A stretch of 63,296 bases of DNA, the filler included, from Atractiella rhizophila (lineage: Eukaryota), in the NCBI GenBank assembly GCA_021432655.1. It is 5 parts of 5 records of this genome, joined end to end, with 100 filler letters (N's around TTAATTAATTAA, not from the genome) between each part and the next. Parts side by side here need not be neighbours in the genome. Positions count along the whole stretch, not along the records: positions 19,306 to 43,899 come from MU271787.1; positions 44,000 to 58,746 come from MU271799.1; 3 more parts are not named here. The stretch is one strand, 5' to 3'. Every line of letters starts with the position of its first letter. Position 1 is the stretch's first letter. Below the pieces are notes generated by a model. The model had not been told where the DNA came from. It saw nothing but the letters and a program-made list of their open reading frames with translations, and did not search any database. Both the position numbers and the translations under genes were made by a program. Positions 35,677 through 48,778 of this stretch are shown here, piece by piece.

Positions 35677-38423
35677 ATGATGCGACAAGACATGTTTGGG
35701 CGAGCAGGTAACCCTTCCATGAGCCACCACGACTTGCAAATGATGCGTCAGCGCCACCTCACTGGGAACAACCAATTCGGGCACCAAAATGTTCAGTTTC
35801 CAATGCAACAACCTCAATTGTCCGCTTCTACTCCCGACCAGCACTCTTTGCCGGGTATTCCTCGTTCCAGCCCCATACAATCTGGTCTGATACCCAATGG
35901 GCTTCATTTGGCAGCTGGAAGCGTGTCAGATGGGATGACCAGTCCGGTGTTCGACTCTGGCAAGACGACCCTTGCAGACGTCCAGTTTCGGACAAGCGGC
36001 ACGGATCCAATGCAGGTCATGATCGACAGAACGCTTAATGACCTCCAGGCTCAAATGAACCAGATTCAAAATTTGACGTCTCCCTCCATCCTGGATTCGC
36101 TGAAGCTCGCCAGTGCAACCGCTTCGTCTACCCTTCCTATCCATGAGCACTTTACAGCTGTTACTGCAACCGACGATTCTGACCTTAAATCGACAACTCT
36201 AGCGGAAGATCAGCAACGTTTGCGTGAATGGATGGCACGGGATTTAGCATACGAGCGGGACGTGAAAGAACATATATCTCACAACAAGGCTGAGTTTACC
36301 AAAGTTCTGAAAGATTCTCAGCAGCATCAGGATTGGTTGGGACGCGACACGGTCCCGGGGAAGAGGTATAATACATCTCCCACTAGAATTCGTCTACCAC
36401 AACAATGGGCGAAAGAAAAGGTGGGGAGGAAGAGGCAGAACCGTCCTTTGGTCAAATTGGACGGGAGGAAATTAGACGCTCTAGCTGCCGAGGAAGAAAT
36501 CCTGGTCCCCATCCGGCTTGACATCCAGCACGACAACCTCAGCCTGCGAGATACGTTCACCTGGAACCTGAAGGAAACTGCTATCTCCATTGAAGACTTC
36601 GCGACCCATCTCATCGTCGACCTCCAGGTTCCGAAGGAACACATCCATCATTTTTACAACGATGTCGTGTCCACAATCAAGCAACAGCTGGATGATTTTA
36701 AAGTTCGCGAAGATTACTATATCAATTTCAATGCCAAGCGACCCCGGACTGATGAAGAGCGTCTTGAATTTAGCGAAGATGAAAAGTGGTGGACGCGTTG
36801 GCGTAAAAGGTTAAAGGTTGGATCGGGGAGTGATGCCGTCCCCGGAGGTGCGACGGAGGTCATGACAATGGGTAGTGATGCCTCGAGAGAGTTTGACAAC
36901 CAAGAGTTCCGGATTAACGTCAAAATTGATATCACCGTGGACAACCTTAACCTAAAAGACCAATTTGATTGGGATTTAGGCGATGCCCTCAACGTTCCCG
37001 AACACTTAGCAGAACTTTACACCGCAGATCTGGGTCTTCCAGGGGAATTCACGTTCGTTCTTCACCGATATTCTACATATATTTATTTTGTGACTCAGAA
37101 CCGCTGTGGCACACTCGATAAGAGAACAAGCCGAAATCTACGTCAAGTCACTATTCTTGATTGGACACATTGAAGGAGATATTGTGCGAGACGACGACCT
37201 GCGAGCTTCTTTCCTTCCTCCTATAACGGACATATTTCGTTCGGAAGTATCAGATTATTCGCCTCAGCTGCAAACGCTTTCCTTGAAGGAGCTGGAACAT
37301 AACGAACGGGAGAGAGAACGTCAGACTCGGAGGACTCGAAGACAAACCCGAGGTAGAAATCGAGCGACCGTTCTGCCTGATCGTGACTTCATTCCTACAC
37401 ATCGGGTTCCAGTCCCAAAACCTGGGGGGAGTGCACCGCCTCCAATTCCGGACAGTAATGGCGACATGATTTCGCTTCCTCCTGAACTAGCTATTGCTTT
37501 TGAAATTGTGAAAGGTTTCAAGGAAATTGCTCCAAAGAGTACCCGAGAGAGTTCACCGCCTAGATCCCGTTTTGGCGCGTCAAAGAAGGACGGTCTAGAG
37601 GGTGGTGAAACGGATTCACTAAAACTTACTCCGTTAAAGAAAGTTCGCCAAAAAAACCTGATTTCTCAGTCAACTGATATTCCAACTCCAGCGAGCGCAT
37701 CCGAAATTTCTGCTTCTGTCCCGATTGTCGTAGATGCTATAGTCGAAGAACATGCCTCGTCTGACAACGGATCCCCGGCGTTTGTTCCTTCCGATTCAAT
37801 ACCGAACATTCGCTCTGTGGCGTCCCTGGAAGATCATCCACAAACGTTCACGGGACACACTTCAGAAACAGCTTCTACTGCCGCACGTCCCGATCCATTG
37901 GTGGAAGGCAAACAGGAGGAAGTCACAGCGCAACCTTCCACACAACATGAACCACTGGTTGCTAGCACAAGCGTGGACGAATCTGTGCAAGGTGCTGGCT
38001 CGTCATCGATGGCAATTGTACCTCCACAGTGGCTTTTAAACTGTGTCACTACGTTACGGTCTGCTTGGCCCAATGATAGATTTGAGACAGTCCCAAAACC
38101 CAATTTACCTGATGGCTGGCGGATACGGTGCAATGATTGTCCAGGTAATGTCTATTCCTTGCATCTGGAAGCGCACAGTGACTGAGCTTGACCTCCATCT
38201 AGGCAAGGTGAGCTTGAGTTTAAGATTCAAAAGAGCCTGAATCAAGTAGCTTGTGTGCAGTTGTATAATGTCGGACCCGAGGAATCGCTCACTAACTTTG
38301 AAGGTAAGAGTCTAATACCTTCAACTATCTTCCCAAACCATGTTTCCAGTGCACCTAAGGAATCGTTCTCACCGGCTTAACATCCAAAATCGTCTGGATA
38401 AGAGCAACCAACCCTCAAAATGA
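35677..38423 (+). CDS. SNF5: SWI/SNF complex subunit Snf5 (5' end uncertain)
   Basis: Two SNF5 repeats: LVPIRLDI..LRDTFTWNL and RINVKIDITV..LKDQFDWDL..ADLGLPGEF..AVAHSIREQ. Q-rich N-terminus; C-terminal WRIRCNDCPG..NFEVHLRNRSH zinc-finger-like tail. Confidence 0.9.
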
Positions 38424-38598
38424 ATTGACCACTTTCCATCCGGTCATAAGGAGATTGTTGTTGATAAGATGAAGATGTTGCAGTCTATCAAATAGAAATT
38501 GTTTGACCATTCTACAACATTTGGCCGAAAAACTAAATGCGGTGAAAGGCGAACATATATAACGCAATGGCGAATATTAAACAACAAAAACCCTGCGG

Positions 38599-40269
38599 CT
38601 AGTTCTTCCCAGCCATGGTTGTTAAGCTCAGAGGCTCTGACTTGTCTTCTATTGGCACTTTATCCAGCTCACCTTCCAAAGCATCCGGTTGCTGCAAACC
38701 AGATCTCTTGATCCATTCCCATTCCACACGGAAAAAAATCCACAGCCATCTCCGCACAATCTCGAGAATCTCGAGAAGAAAGATGCCTGACTCGATTTCC
38801 GACACATGGTGCAGATGGGCGCTTAGCTTGATTGACCAAGTTATCCGCAGCATGAAATCAAGTACGATTATGGCATAGTAGATAGATGGATCACGCAGGA
38901 CGAGGAAAGGCCGAAGCAAATGGTACTGGACCGACGGACGGGATCGGAATGTGGCTATCGACGGTGCCGATGCGGAAGATTTGTGTGAGCGAAATGCATG
39001 CTCGGATGGGGCAATGGAGCTAGAATTTTTTGAACCTGTTGGTCGGCTAGACGTAGGCATTTCTAAGCTACCAGAGCGGTGACGGGAGCCAACATTTTTC
39101 AGCTGCGAGGACTCAGCGCGCTTTTCAGCAACTTCAAATTGTTCCCCATCCGATGACCCTAATTCTTGCAGCGGCTGATGACCCGATGTCTGATGGGACA
39201 AATTCCGGCGTTTGAGCACCTCGAGAGAAGCTTTCTTCCAACTTTCGGGAAGAAATAACCGCAGTCCCCAATCATTCGTGACATCCCACCAAAATGAATA
39301 CAGAGAATTGATGAAGACGGCAATTAGCCATAAGCGGAAAAGGCCGCTAGAGCTAGACGTCAAGGATATTATATCTGAGGCCCTTTGATCCTTATGCTCC
39401 TCGTCGAAAGGATCCGCATGACGTCCCATTAAGGTAGAGAGGACTATGACGGGGAAGGAAGAAAAATATTTGACAGCGTTGGCCATTGACCGTCGACGAA
39501 TAGACGGGGATGAGGTAGTGAAACATTCGGAGATGCAATGCCGGAGTCTACAGATATACGGCAAACTGTAGTTAAAGCGATGTTAGTCAATAGAAAAATG
39601 ACCTGTGTGGACGGATGCAAACCTCACAACGAAACATTTGCCCCATCCCACCTCATTGTTTTCGTTTCCCCGCAGAACAGACAGGTAAGAGAAAGCTGTC
39701 AGCCAGTCTGCGAGCCCTTCCCACATATCACCGCCGACCTTTGCAAAGCTGGTCAAAACGTCAAACATAAGCACATCGAGAAATGTGACTCTTGAGACGA
39801 GTTGAAATTTGATAGGTTGGGATGGATATTGCCGGACTTGTGAGAATGGGAGGATGTGGGCTATTTTTCTGAGTGCAGGGCTGAAAAGTGGAATGTGAAG
39901 TCTTGAAGTGGGGATGCGGACGAAAGGTAGGAACGCGCAGATGAGGTATGTAGAGGGATGTATGGGAGGATTTTGTGCCCATCTTGCGTGGCAGGCGACG
40001 CCGACTGCGACCAATGCTGTCCAGTAGCCTGCAATGCGATACCCAATCTTCCAATCGAGTAATGGTGGAAGTGGACTCGGCTCGTGACTGGACGTGGGCA
40101 GGAGATTGCGAGGAGATTCTTCTGTTGGGGAGGTAGGAGAAGGCGCTGTGCGCTGCCACACGAGGTCATTGGCGTCTATACCAACGGCTTTCAACAGGGT
40201 CAGATTGCTGTACCAGCTGAGAACTCCGAGGTCCAAGAGAAACAGGAGACGGAGTGGTAGAGGTAACAT
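38599..40269 (-). CDS. ERD1: EXS-domain membrane protein, ERD1-like
   Basis: VTFLDVLMFDVLTSFAKV, LPYICRLRHC, NAVKYFSSFPVI, NSLYSFWWDVTNDWGL, DFMLRITWS, LEIVRRWLWIFFRVEWE; no SPX domain. Confidence 0.85.
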
Positions 40270-40629
40270 TTGGGTCCAAGAAGAGCTAAGCCGCGTATCG
40301 GTAATTTAGCGAGCTTTGTGGAGTGCTTGGAGGTGGAGTTCGCGTTGGAGAAGTCTTGAGAGTTGGAAGTTTGAGGGCAAGCGGTCGTTATTAGTGAGCG
40401 GAAAAACGCCTCGACCTTAAGGGTTCAAGATTTAGAGCGTTCGTAGCGAGCGAATAGAGAGAGCAACACTGAGCAGGCCATGCCAACAACACCTTCCACA
40501 ACACCTGCTGCGACACATTTCCGGCCGCCACTGCTGCGTGGGCACTGCGCACTCGCAGCATCGACGGTATAAGACTGCTCTGACTGCCTCAGGCGCACAA
40601 GTCAGCTCGAAAGAGAATATCATTCGCAA

Positions 40630-42363
40630 ATGTCGCGCCTAGCTCCTATCGGTGTGTTGCTTCTCACGACGTGTTTCACGGAAATCGGGGAGGTGCGCTG
40701 ACGAGTGGCACGCTGGAATAGTTATCGACAACGGCACGGGGTACTCCAAGCTCGGTTTCGCCGGGAACAGTGACCCTTCTTTCGTGTTTCCAACAGCAAT
40801 TGCCGTCAGATCGGGTCCAGGAACTTCATCGTTGGCATCGACAAAGGGTCCCCTCCCGCCGCCGCCATCAAAGCCCGGTGGACTCTCTTCCAATCCAACC
40901 TCCTCTAGCCATCTAGCTTCGAAAAGAGGAATCGAAGACCTGGATTTCTTCATAGGATGGGAAGCACTCAAGAAGTCAAAGACTTATTCGGTCCAATATC
41001 CCATCAAACAGGGAGAGATCGAAGACTGGGATTTGATGGAGAGATACTGGAGCCAGAGCATCTTCCAATATCTCAGAGCCGAACCCGAGGATCACCATTT
41101 CCTTCTCACCGAACCACCTCTTAACCCCCCCGAAAACAGAGAAAACACCGCAGAGATCTTTTTCGAGACGTTCAACGTGCAAGGACTCTACATTGCCGTT
41201 CAAGCCGTTCTCGCGCTCGCCGCCTCTTGGACAAGCGGAAAGGTTCAAGACAGAACTCTCACTGGAACCGTAATTGATAGTGGAGATGGTGTCACCCACG
41301 TTATCCCTGTGGTTAGTGGCTATTCCTTTCAAAGCATCCATGGTTTATGGATTAGCTCCTCGCGGTCGTACGATTGCTGATCAATTATTCTTCTATAGGC
41401 AGAAGGCTACGTTATTGGCTCCTCTCTCAAATCCGTTCCATTGGCGGGCCGATCAATTACCAACTTCGTCCAACAACTACTCCGTGAGCGCGGAGAGACT
41501 GCCGTCATCCCACCTGAAGATCAGCTGAAGGTTGCTGGCGAGATCAAGGAGCGCTGGGGATATGTTTGCGGAGACATGGTCAAGGAAATTAAGAAGTATG
41601 AGAAGGAGCCGGATAAGTACTTTGACAAGTATCATGGCGTGCACTCAGTTACGGGCAGAGTAATTGTGCTATCCTGTCTCATGGCGCCTACTAATGTATA
41701 TCTAGCAATACTCCATCGACGTCGGTTTCGAAAGGTTTTTAGGTCCCGAAATCTTCTTTAACCCTGAAATCGCCTCGTCCGACTTTCTAACTCCATTACC
41801 TGAGGTGGTGGATCAAGTTATCCAAACCTCTCCCATTGATGTTAGACGTGGCCTCTACAAGAACATCGTTCTTTCGGGAGGATCGACCATGTTCGACCAC
41901 TTTTCGCGGCGTCTGCAAAGGGACTTGAAGCACTTGGTGGATGATCGCATCGCCTCATCGGAGACAATGAGCGGTGGACTGATGAGATCGAGCGGCGTGG
42001 ATGTCAACGTAATCAGTCACAAACGGCAGAGGGTGCGTGTGCTATCCCAAGTTTGAATAGCTCTCCCTCACACCTGTTCTTTAGTATGCCGTGTGGTTTG
42101 GAGGCTCGCTGCTTGCGTCAACTGTATGCTCTTCCTACAGAGACCGCTATTGCTAACAATCCTTGCACAGCCTGAATTCCATTCGTATTGCGTTTCCAAA
42201 GCTGTGAGAACTTTATTTTTTTGACTGATGAGTGCTGACATTGTGATTGTCTTAGGACTACGCTGAACACGGTACGACTTTCGATCAATAAACTAGCAAA
42301 AACTGACAAGTTATAGGTCCATCGATCGCACGTCGGTACACCATTTTCGGAAGTGCTGCATAG
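40630..42363 (+). CDS. ARP3: Actin-related protein 3 (Arp2/3 complex)
   Basis: [114 protein letters not shown]. Confidence 0.97.
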
Positions 42364-42622
42364 TCCGCACAATAAGTACATTTGAGGTCGCTTCCGGCGG
42401 ATGTACAAAGAGGCATAAAGGCTGGATTTGTAAACGCTATTGGAATGAATAGAAATTGAACATGTATAATCCCCTGCTGCCAAATTGGCGAGTCAACAGG
42501 CCGTCGCTCTCGGGGCATAATGCAGGCGACAGTAGGTAGGTTGATCTCAAAGTGTCTAATTAATAGGCTTTACTACATTTATATATATACATTGTCCCTT
42601 GACGTGGACTTTTTGAGTCAGT

Positions 42623-43899
42623 CTATGCATGGTGACCGAGAAAATCGCTCCAGGGTCGAACCTCTGGAGGTATTTGGCCTTCGATATATCTGAAATTGAC
42701 CCCTCCACTCTCCCTCTTCTTTGCAAATGCTTCCACGAACAACTGCGCACAACGTGCGTTGTTTATGAGAGGGATTCCAAAATCAACAGCGTTCCTAAGG
42801 CAGAAAGCGTAAGACCACAATATGAACTGATCAGCACAATAGCGCACCTTCTGGCAACATAATCTTCGTCTACAATGTCTTTCCCGCGGGTGTTAGCGAG
42901 GTTGATCACGAATTGGATATCATATCGCTCGAAAACCTCTCTCAATTTCCGCTTATCAAGCTTTGGGAAAATGATCCGTTCAACCTTTTTGATGAGGCCA
43001 GTTTGGGCGACGCCAGTCAAACCGTTCAGGAAATTTTCTGCCTTTTTGTTTGACACGTAGAGCTTGAAGCCCATTTGAGACAGGCCCACAGCCACGGTGA
43101 CAAGTTCCGGCTTGTTGATATCCCCGCCAATGAGTACCCCAGATCCTGGACGAGGAAGCTTGAAGTTGTTGGTTGAGAGCAGCGAAGCCCAGTATGCTTC
43201 GTGAACATCCACGCCGAAAGACGCGACCTCTCCTGTTGAAGCCATTTCTGTCTCTTATGTTAGCAAACTGGAGACTGGATGACCCCAGAAGACGCACCAA
43301 CTCCCAAGAAAGGATCCGCTCCTGCCAGTCGGGTCCACGAGAATTGGGGAACTTTGATGGCTGTGTAGGGTCTTTTCTGTTCCATCAGATCCACTGGTTC
43401 TGGGACGCTGACACCTGTGATAGCTTTCGTCGCAATCTCGATAAAATTGACACCGAGAACTTTGGATACGAAAGGGAAGCTTCGGGATGCACGCAAATTG
43501 CACTCGATAACCTTGTACTGGGTTGGATCCTCCGCGTTATCACCTTCCTTCCTAATGACTTGCATGTTGAACGGTCCTGATATTTTGAACGCTTTGGCAA
43601 CCTTCTTCGTAATTTCCTTCAACTCGGTTAAGTCGTCGAGATCCAGAGAAAACGGGGGCAGAACAAGAGTTGCGTCTCCTGAATGGACACCTGCATTCTC
43701 GACATGCTCCGAGACTGCATGAACAATTAACTCCCCATTGTGAGCCACAGCGTCAACATCGATTTCTTGAGCCGTATCGATAAACTTGGTGATGACAGCG
43801 GGATGCTCAGGGGACACTTCGGCTGCGGCAGACAGAGAATGATTTAGAGTCGTCTCATCCCACACAACGTTCATCGCGGCTCCAGACAAGACGTAGCTG
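42623..43899 (-). CDS. CPA2: Arginine-specific carbamoyl-phosphate synthase large subunit, 3' part (cut by gap)
   Basis: SYVLSGAAMNVV, EHVENAGVHSGDATL, VIECNLRASRSFPFVSK, GADPFLGV/MASTGEVA; the MGS domain is followed by a stop (no DHOase/ATCase, so not URA2). Confidence 0.93.
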
Positions 43900-43999
43900 N
43901 NNNNNNNNNNNNNNNNNNNNNNNNNNNNNNNNNNNNNNNNNNNTTAATTAATTAANNNNNNNNNNNNNNNNNNNNNNNNNNNNNNNNNNNNNNNNNNNN
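43900..43999. other. Artificial contig linker
   Basis: N44-TTAATTAATTAA-N44. Confidence 0.97.
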
Positions 44000-44199
44000 T
44001 GATATCACTGCTCCATTTATTGTCGGCTTGACCGTTTGTTGTTTTGGTGCATGGATGAGAGCTTCCTTTTCACCACACAAAATTAGGATGGCCCACACTT
44101 CTGACTTTCGTCAGGTATTAAACATATCGACTGGTGACAGACGAATTTCTTGTTTATGCAGGGGCAGAACTCGCTTAAATTTATAATATTCGAAGATGG

Positions 44200-45042
44200 T
44201 CATGAATGTTTTAGTTTTAGTTGGACAACGAGAACTGCAAAGCATACCCTGTTTATACTCTTACAACACAACAAGACAGTACGTCTTCCCAGGGCAGAGC
44301 GACCGGGTTATGGGAGACCAAATCGCCCCTCTCTTCATCATGTCACGGCTCCTCAAACACTTCTGGTACCGTGAAATCATGATCAAAACCGCCTCCATCC
44401 CAATCTCGTCGGCGTCCTCTTCTCGACAACCCTCGTGCTTCCATTCATCAAAACGTGCCTTTGATAAAGATACCAACCTCCCTATGCTTCCCTCGAGAAG
44501 GATATCGTCTACATCTCTACATCTCTCCGGCCACTCGTCCAGTCTCTTCCACTGGTTTTGACACGCAGATGGAAGGTGGGCATAGCTCCTTCCGTTTCCA
44601 TGCACTCATTGCGATCATATGGTCGATTGCGTATTGCGAGCAAAGGAAGGTGGCATTAAGGGGATTGAAGTATGGAATTTGAAGCAAATGTGTTTCGTCC
44701 TGTCACCGGATTCAGTACTCAAGATCGTTGAAAGTTTCAGAAATAAAGACTCACTTCTGTCGCTTCATCCCTCAACTGATTCCTCTCAGAAGTCCACATA
44801 TAATCCCCTCGTCTTCGACCTTCTCCCATCCGTCGGTCCACAAATGTTCTCGCCAGCGCAGCGAGTACTTGAGACTCGCTGAGAAATCCAGCTGGAGACA
44901 CATTTGTCCCAGTTTGCTCTCCAGCCTTATTTCTCAACTATGCATCAATCCACATGTCCGAGCGGTTTCTCCTAGAGTTGAGGGCTTCGAAGGCGGTCAA
45001 AAACGTGTCGAAAGCCTGACTGAGCGCAGAAAGGCGATCCAT
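44200..45042 (-). CDS. Hypothetical protein or pseudogene
   Basis: Protein-like segments MDRLSALSQAFDTFLTAFEALNS and NQWKRLDEWPERCRDVDDILLEG..MKRGAIWSP; exon structure unresolved. Confidence 0.3.
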
Positions 45043-45764
45043 GCAGAGGTCTAAATGAAGTGTATTTGGTGCCGACTATGAATAGACTGAAAATCTATAT
45101 CTAGTCGTCGTTTCGTCGTCCTCAAGTTGTCGCATGCAGAGGAATAGATATGCTGTTAACGCGATGACTATGCCAGGAAGAAATGCTTCAGGTGCTGTCA
45201 GGCTCGTTGACAGTTCTGGCTGCGCTCCAGACAAAGTTGCTGAGCTCTGCAGGAGCCACTCGGAACTGTATGGACGTGATAAGACTTTGAATCCTTATGC
45301 TACTTTCCTGACAATGAGGAGTCAAAAAGTTCGACTCCAGTGTTCGTTTTCAATGTCGTTTTTGCCCACTGCACTGTACAGAGATAGTTCGTCGTTCTGT
45401 AAACGTCACGGTTCGCTATCTACTCGGCCATTATCAATTTTTGGTCGTTCCGTGCGACCAAGTTCAGTTGGAAACGACTGGCGGTTCCTTTGGTCGCCAT
45501 CCACGTTTACGGCCAACTTTCCGGCTTTCGCAAGTCAACGCACATCGGTTTTCAAAGATCATCTGCAACATTCGAATGCTGCCTCCTACGTCCATCGATC
45601 CCTGACGGCATGCAGCTGCGTAGTCAAACAATTAGCCAAACTGATAGCCACGGGATAAGGTATCCTGGGTGCCTCGTTCAAGTATTTAAAGGCATCCAGT
45701 ATCTACTCATCCGTCAATACATTCAGTTTCAACTCACTCCACAAGAAATTCAGACCAGAACATC

Positions 45765-46479
45765 ATGTCCACCCCTACTTATGTCAATGATCTCCCTGGT
45801 ATTCGTAGGATCGTCACTGGCCACAACGCAGAGGGCAAAGCCATTTTCGTGGGTGATGAAGCATTCAGGGCAGAGTCCTTGAATGGATCAACCGCTTTTG
45901 GGCTGAAGGTGCACTCCTTTCGTCTGCTAGCTGCTCTTTGACTGCAAAGAAAAGATTCTTTATGAAACGGAAAAGACGCCTGCCAACATCGACGAGCCTT
46001 TCCACGACCCCATGTTTAACGATGTTGCCGACATCGCAAATAAACAGGGAACCATCGTTAGGGTTCTCGACTTCGCGCCAAACCAACGCTTTGTTCTTGG
46101 GGAGGGTTTCATGCATCGAACGGAAAGCCTGGATTATGGAATTATCGTGAAAGGAGAAGTAGCATGCTACCTCGACTCGGGGGAGAAGAAAACGCTGAAA
46201 ACCGGCGATTTGATCGTCCAAAGAGGTATATCCCTTTTTTCAAAGAGAAAGATTAAGGATCGTGGGGTTAGGAACCATGCATGAATGGGTCAATGAGACA
46301 TCAGAATGGTGTCGTTTGATCGCGATTGTTGTGGGTATGCCGTTCTTCTATCACCAGACCAGGAAAGGTGCTGACAAATTTGAGCAGCAAGCCATCCTGC
46401 CACAGTAGGAGACAAAGTTTTGGGTAGAGAAGGTTATGAATCTGAATGGGTCGCCACGAAAGGGCATGTCAAGGCATAG
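45765..46479 (+). CDS. Cupin-domain protein, 4 exons
   Basis: IRRIVTGHNAEGKA, GTIVRVLDFAP, MHRTESLDYGIIVKGE..LDSGE..LKTGDLIVQR/GTMHEWVN. Confidence 0.9.
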
Positions 46480-47192
46480 GTAGATGACATTTGTACGTTA
46501 CACGTTACTACATGAACTAGCGAGCCAGGCAAAATGAGAGCGGCGCCATTCAAGGATAGTCTGGAGGAACTCGGATTACTGAAATCTCGCGAGCGTCGTC
46601 TTTCCGCCTTCTCCCAACTTCCACCATCTAAATCGAGACGAAAACCACCTTGATTAGAGTGGCAGCATCAAATTTACTCAAAGAACAGCTTGATAATCCA
46701 GTTTACTTTGAATGTAGAAGGGATTATATGTAAAATGCAAACTGAGGACTCGGAGGAGGAAGGCAGAATACACACCTCGGGGTCAGTGTCAAGAAAATGC
46801 CTAATCTACGCAGACATAGCCTTCATTTAAGATAATGCCACCATATATACATGAAGTAGAGGGGTATCGTCGTGCTAATCACGTGTAAATATGACACGAA
46901 CCTACTTCCACATGCAGCGTGACTTGAAATGTCCAGGTTGCAAGGCAGACTATCAGAAAGCATTAACTCAAGCTCAACTTCCTCAACTGGGTTGCATAAT
47001 GGATGGGTGAACGTTGTCTCTGCCAAGTAGCGGAAGAATGACAGAAGAATCGAATACAGGGACAAGTCAACATGCTCTAGCCTCATGGTTTCAGGAGAAA
47101 GCCTTGCCTACTAGCAGAGCAAACACATGATCTCCCTTGATCTTATATATCCTTTCATCGATCCAATCAGCCTGTTCTTACTCAGTTAAGAA

Positions 47193-47758
47193 ATGAAGAC
47201 GCTGTTTTCTGTCCTTACCATTGCTGCATTGGCAGCTGCCAACACCCCAATCTCTCGATCTACACTCGAAAGTGAGGGTGTTTATCGTTTTGTGCTGGCG
47301 TCGCGCCCGAAATGGTGGTTTGGCATACCTTCTGTTGGTTCGTCTCCCCCTGTATCCCTCCTTGCAATTGACAGAGTTACGCAGGTCTCTGCCCATCCCG
47401 CACTGCTCCCTGTTACCCTGAACCCGCTGTGAACCATACGACTGGTGAACAGAACCCAGGAGCAGGTCTGTGCGCGTGGCCAAACGCAAATTGTGGTTGC
47501 TTATACCCATCAGAGAGTGGAGAGCGTAAGGTTCTTGCTCCATCTGCAAGTGAAACCCAATCGACGAATACTTCAGGAAATGTGAAGGGAAGGGCGTTTC
47601 CACATTATTATATCGCGCATCAGTGCAGCAGTACGGAGGTGCGAGCAGGGTTTTGGGTGCTTTGTCTTTATGTCTTGCTACAAATGGAGCTGATAAGAAC
47701 ATGCTATGAAGGTGTACTACCCCAAGGATGGCCATACGGGTACGGGCCACAGACATGA
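47193..47758 (+). CDS. Small secreted cysteine-rich protein (possibly pseudogenised)
   Basis: TATATA at ~47144; signal peptide MKTLFSVLTIAALAAA; Cys-rich frame SYAGLCPSRTAPCYPE..GAGLCAWPNANCGCLYP..HQC..TCYEG. Phase of the first intron not cleanly resolved. Confidence 0.5.
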
Positions 47759-48778
47759 CTGGTCTGCTTTTGTTACCATGCGGACGTTTCTCTACTGACT
47801 AGAATGATTTATGGGTAGGGAGTACTACCTGGTTCGTTCATGGTTTATCATCCTAACTGCTGTTAAATGGCATCTGATCGAGCAGGTCATCTGGTCTTCA
47901 GCATCAGCCACAGGAGACTTCACACGATCGTCTCATGTTTTCTCCTATCATGGGGATAGGTTACAAGAAGCATGGAGCAGTGCTTCCACCGTTGAGTTCG
48001 TTACATCTGTCAGTGCAGTGGCAAGGACGATGGCGCGTGGGGAACAGTGACGATTTGAATGATGCAGCTGATGGCGAGGGCAATCATGCGTACGTCTCTG
48101 CTCTGCCTCTCAATATGACTAGTTACTGAGCGTGATTGAGCAGTCTTGTGTACCCTGGTACATTTTGAGTTTTAACTCAATATGGAAAAAGAAGCTGACC
48201 AATGGAAGGTTGGTCGAAACATCCAAATTTCCCTGACAGAAATGTGCGTTTCCCGTCCTTTTCTGAAGGGAATGGGGCTGAAGATGGTGAGGACAGATTC
48301 GGTTCTGCGACGTCCTGTCGCAGAGCACGAAGAACGCATGTCCGTACTTTCTTCTCCAATGTCTTACACACTTATCAACTGTTTAAATAGACCGAAGCCA
48401 TGACTGGTGGTTAGTCCCATCGTTCTAAACTTGCTTTTTCTTACTCTTCCACATCAAGGTACTACGCGGATGAGTCTGATTTGATTAACGCTGAAGCGTC
48501 GACGCAAATCGGCGGCTGGATAGATGCTATTGGAGACGGATGGGGATCGGCGACTGGGTATCCGAGTGTGAGAGGAGGGGATGGAAGGATCTGTGGACTC
48601 AATGGCACCGGAGGCACGATATTGAGGACCCAGGAGGAAAGAGAGGCGGCTTGGGACGCAATTGATGCAGTTACACTGACGGAACTGAATTTGTCGGAGG
48701 CGGAGATCAGGAAGAGATGTAATACGGAGGAGTAATCGGTTTTGCAGGGGTTCATTGTATGTCTATCAGCATATTATT

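Noticed and set aside
42623..43899. Possible URA2/CAD multifunctional gene
   Set aside because: The reading frame stops right after the MGS domain, as expected for CPA2.
48200..48735. Protein-like plus-strand segment (..IGGWIDAIGDGWGSATGYP..)
   Set aside because: Could be a terminal exon, but I could not link it to a start or a family.
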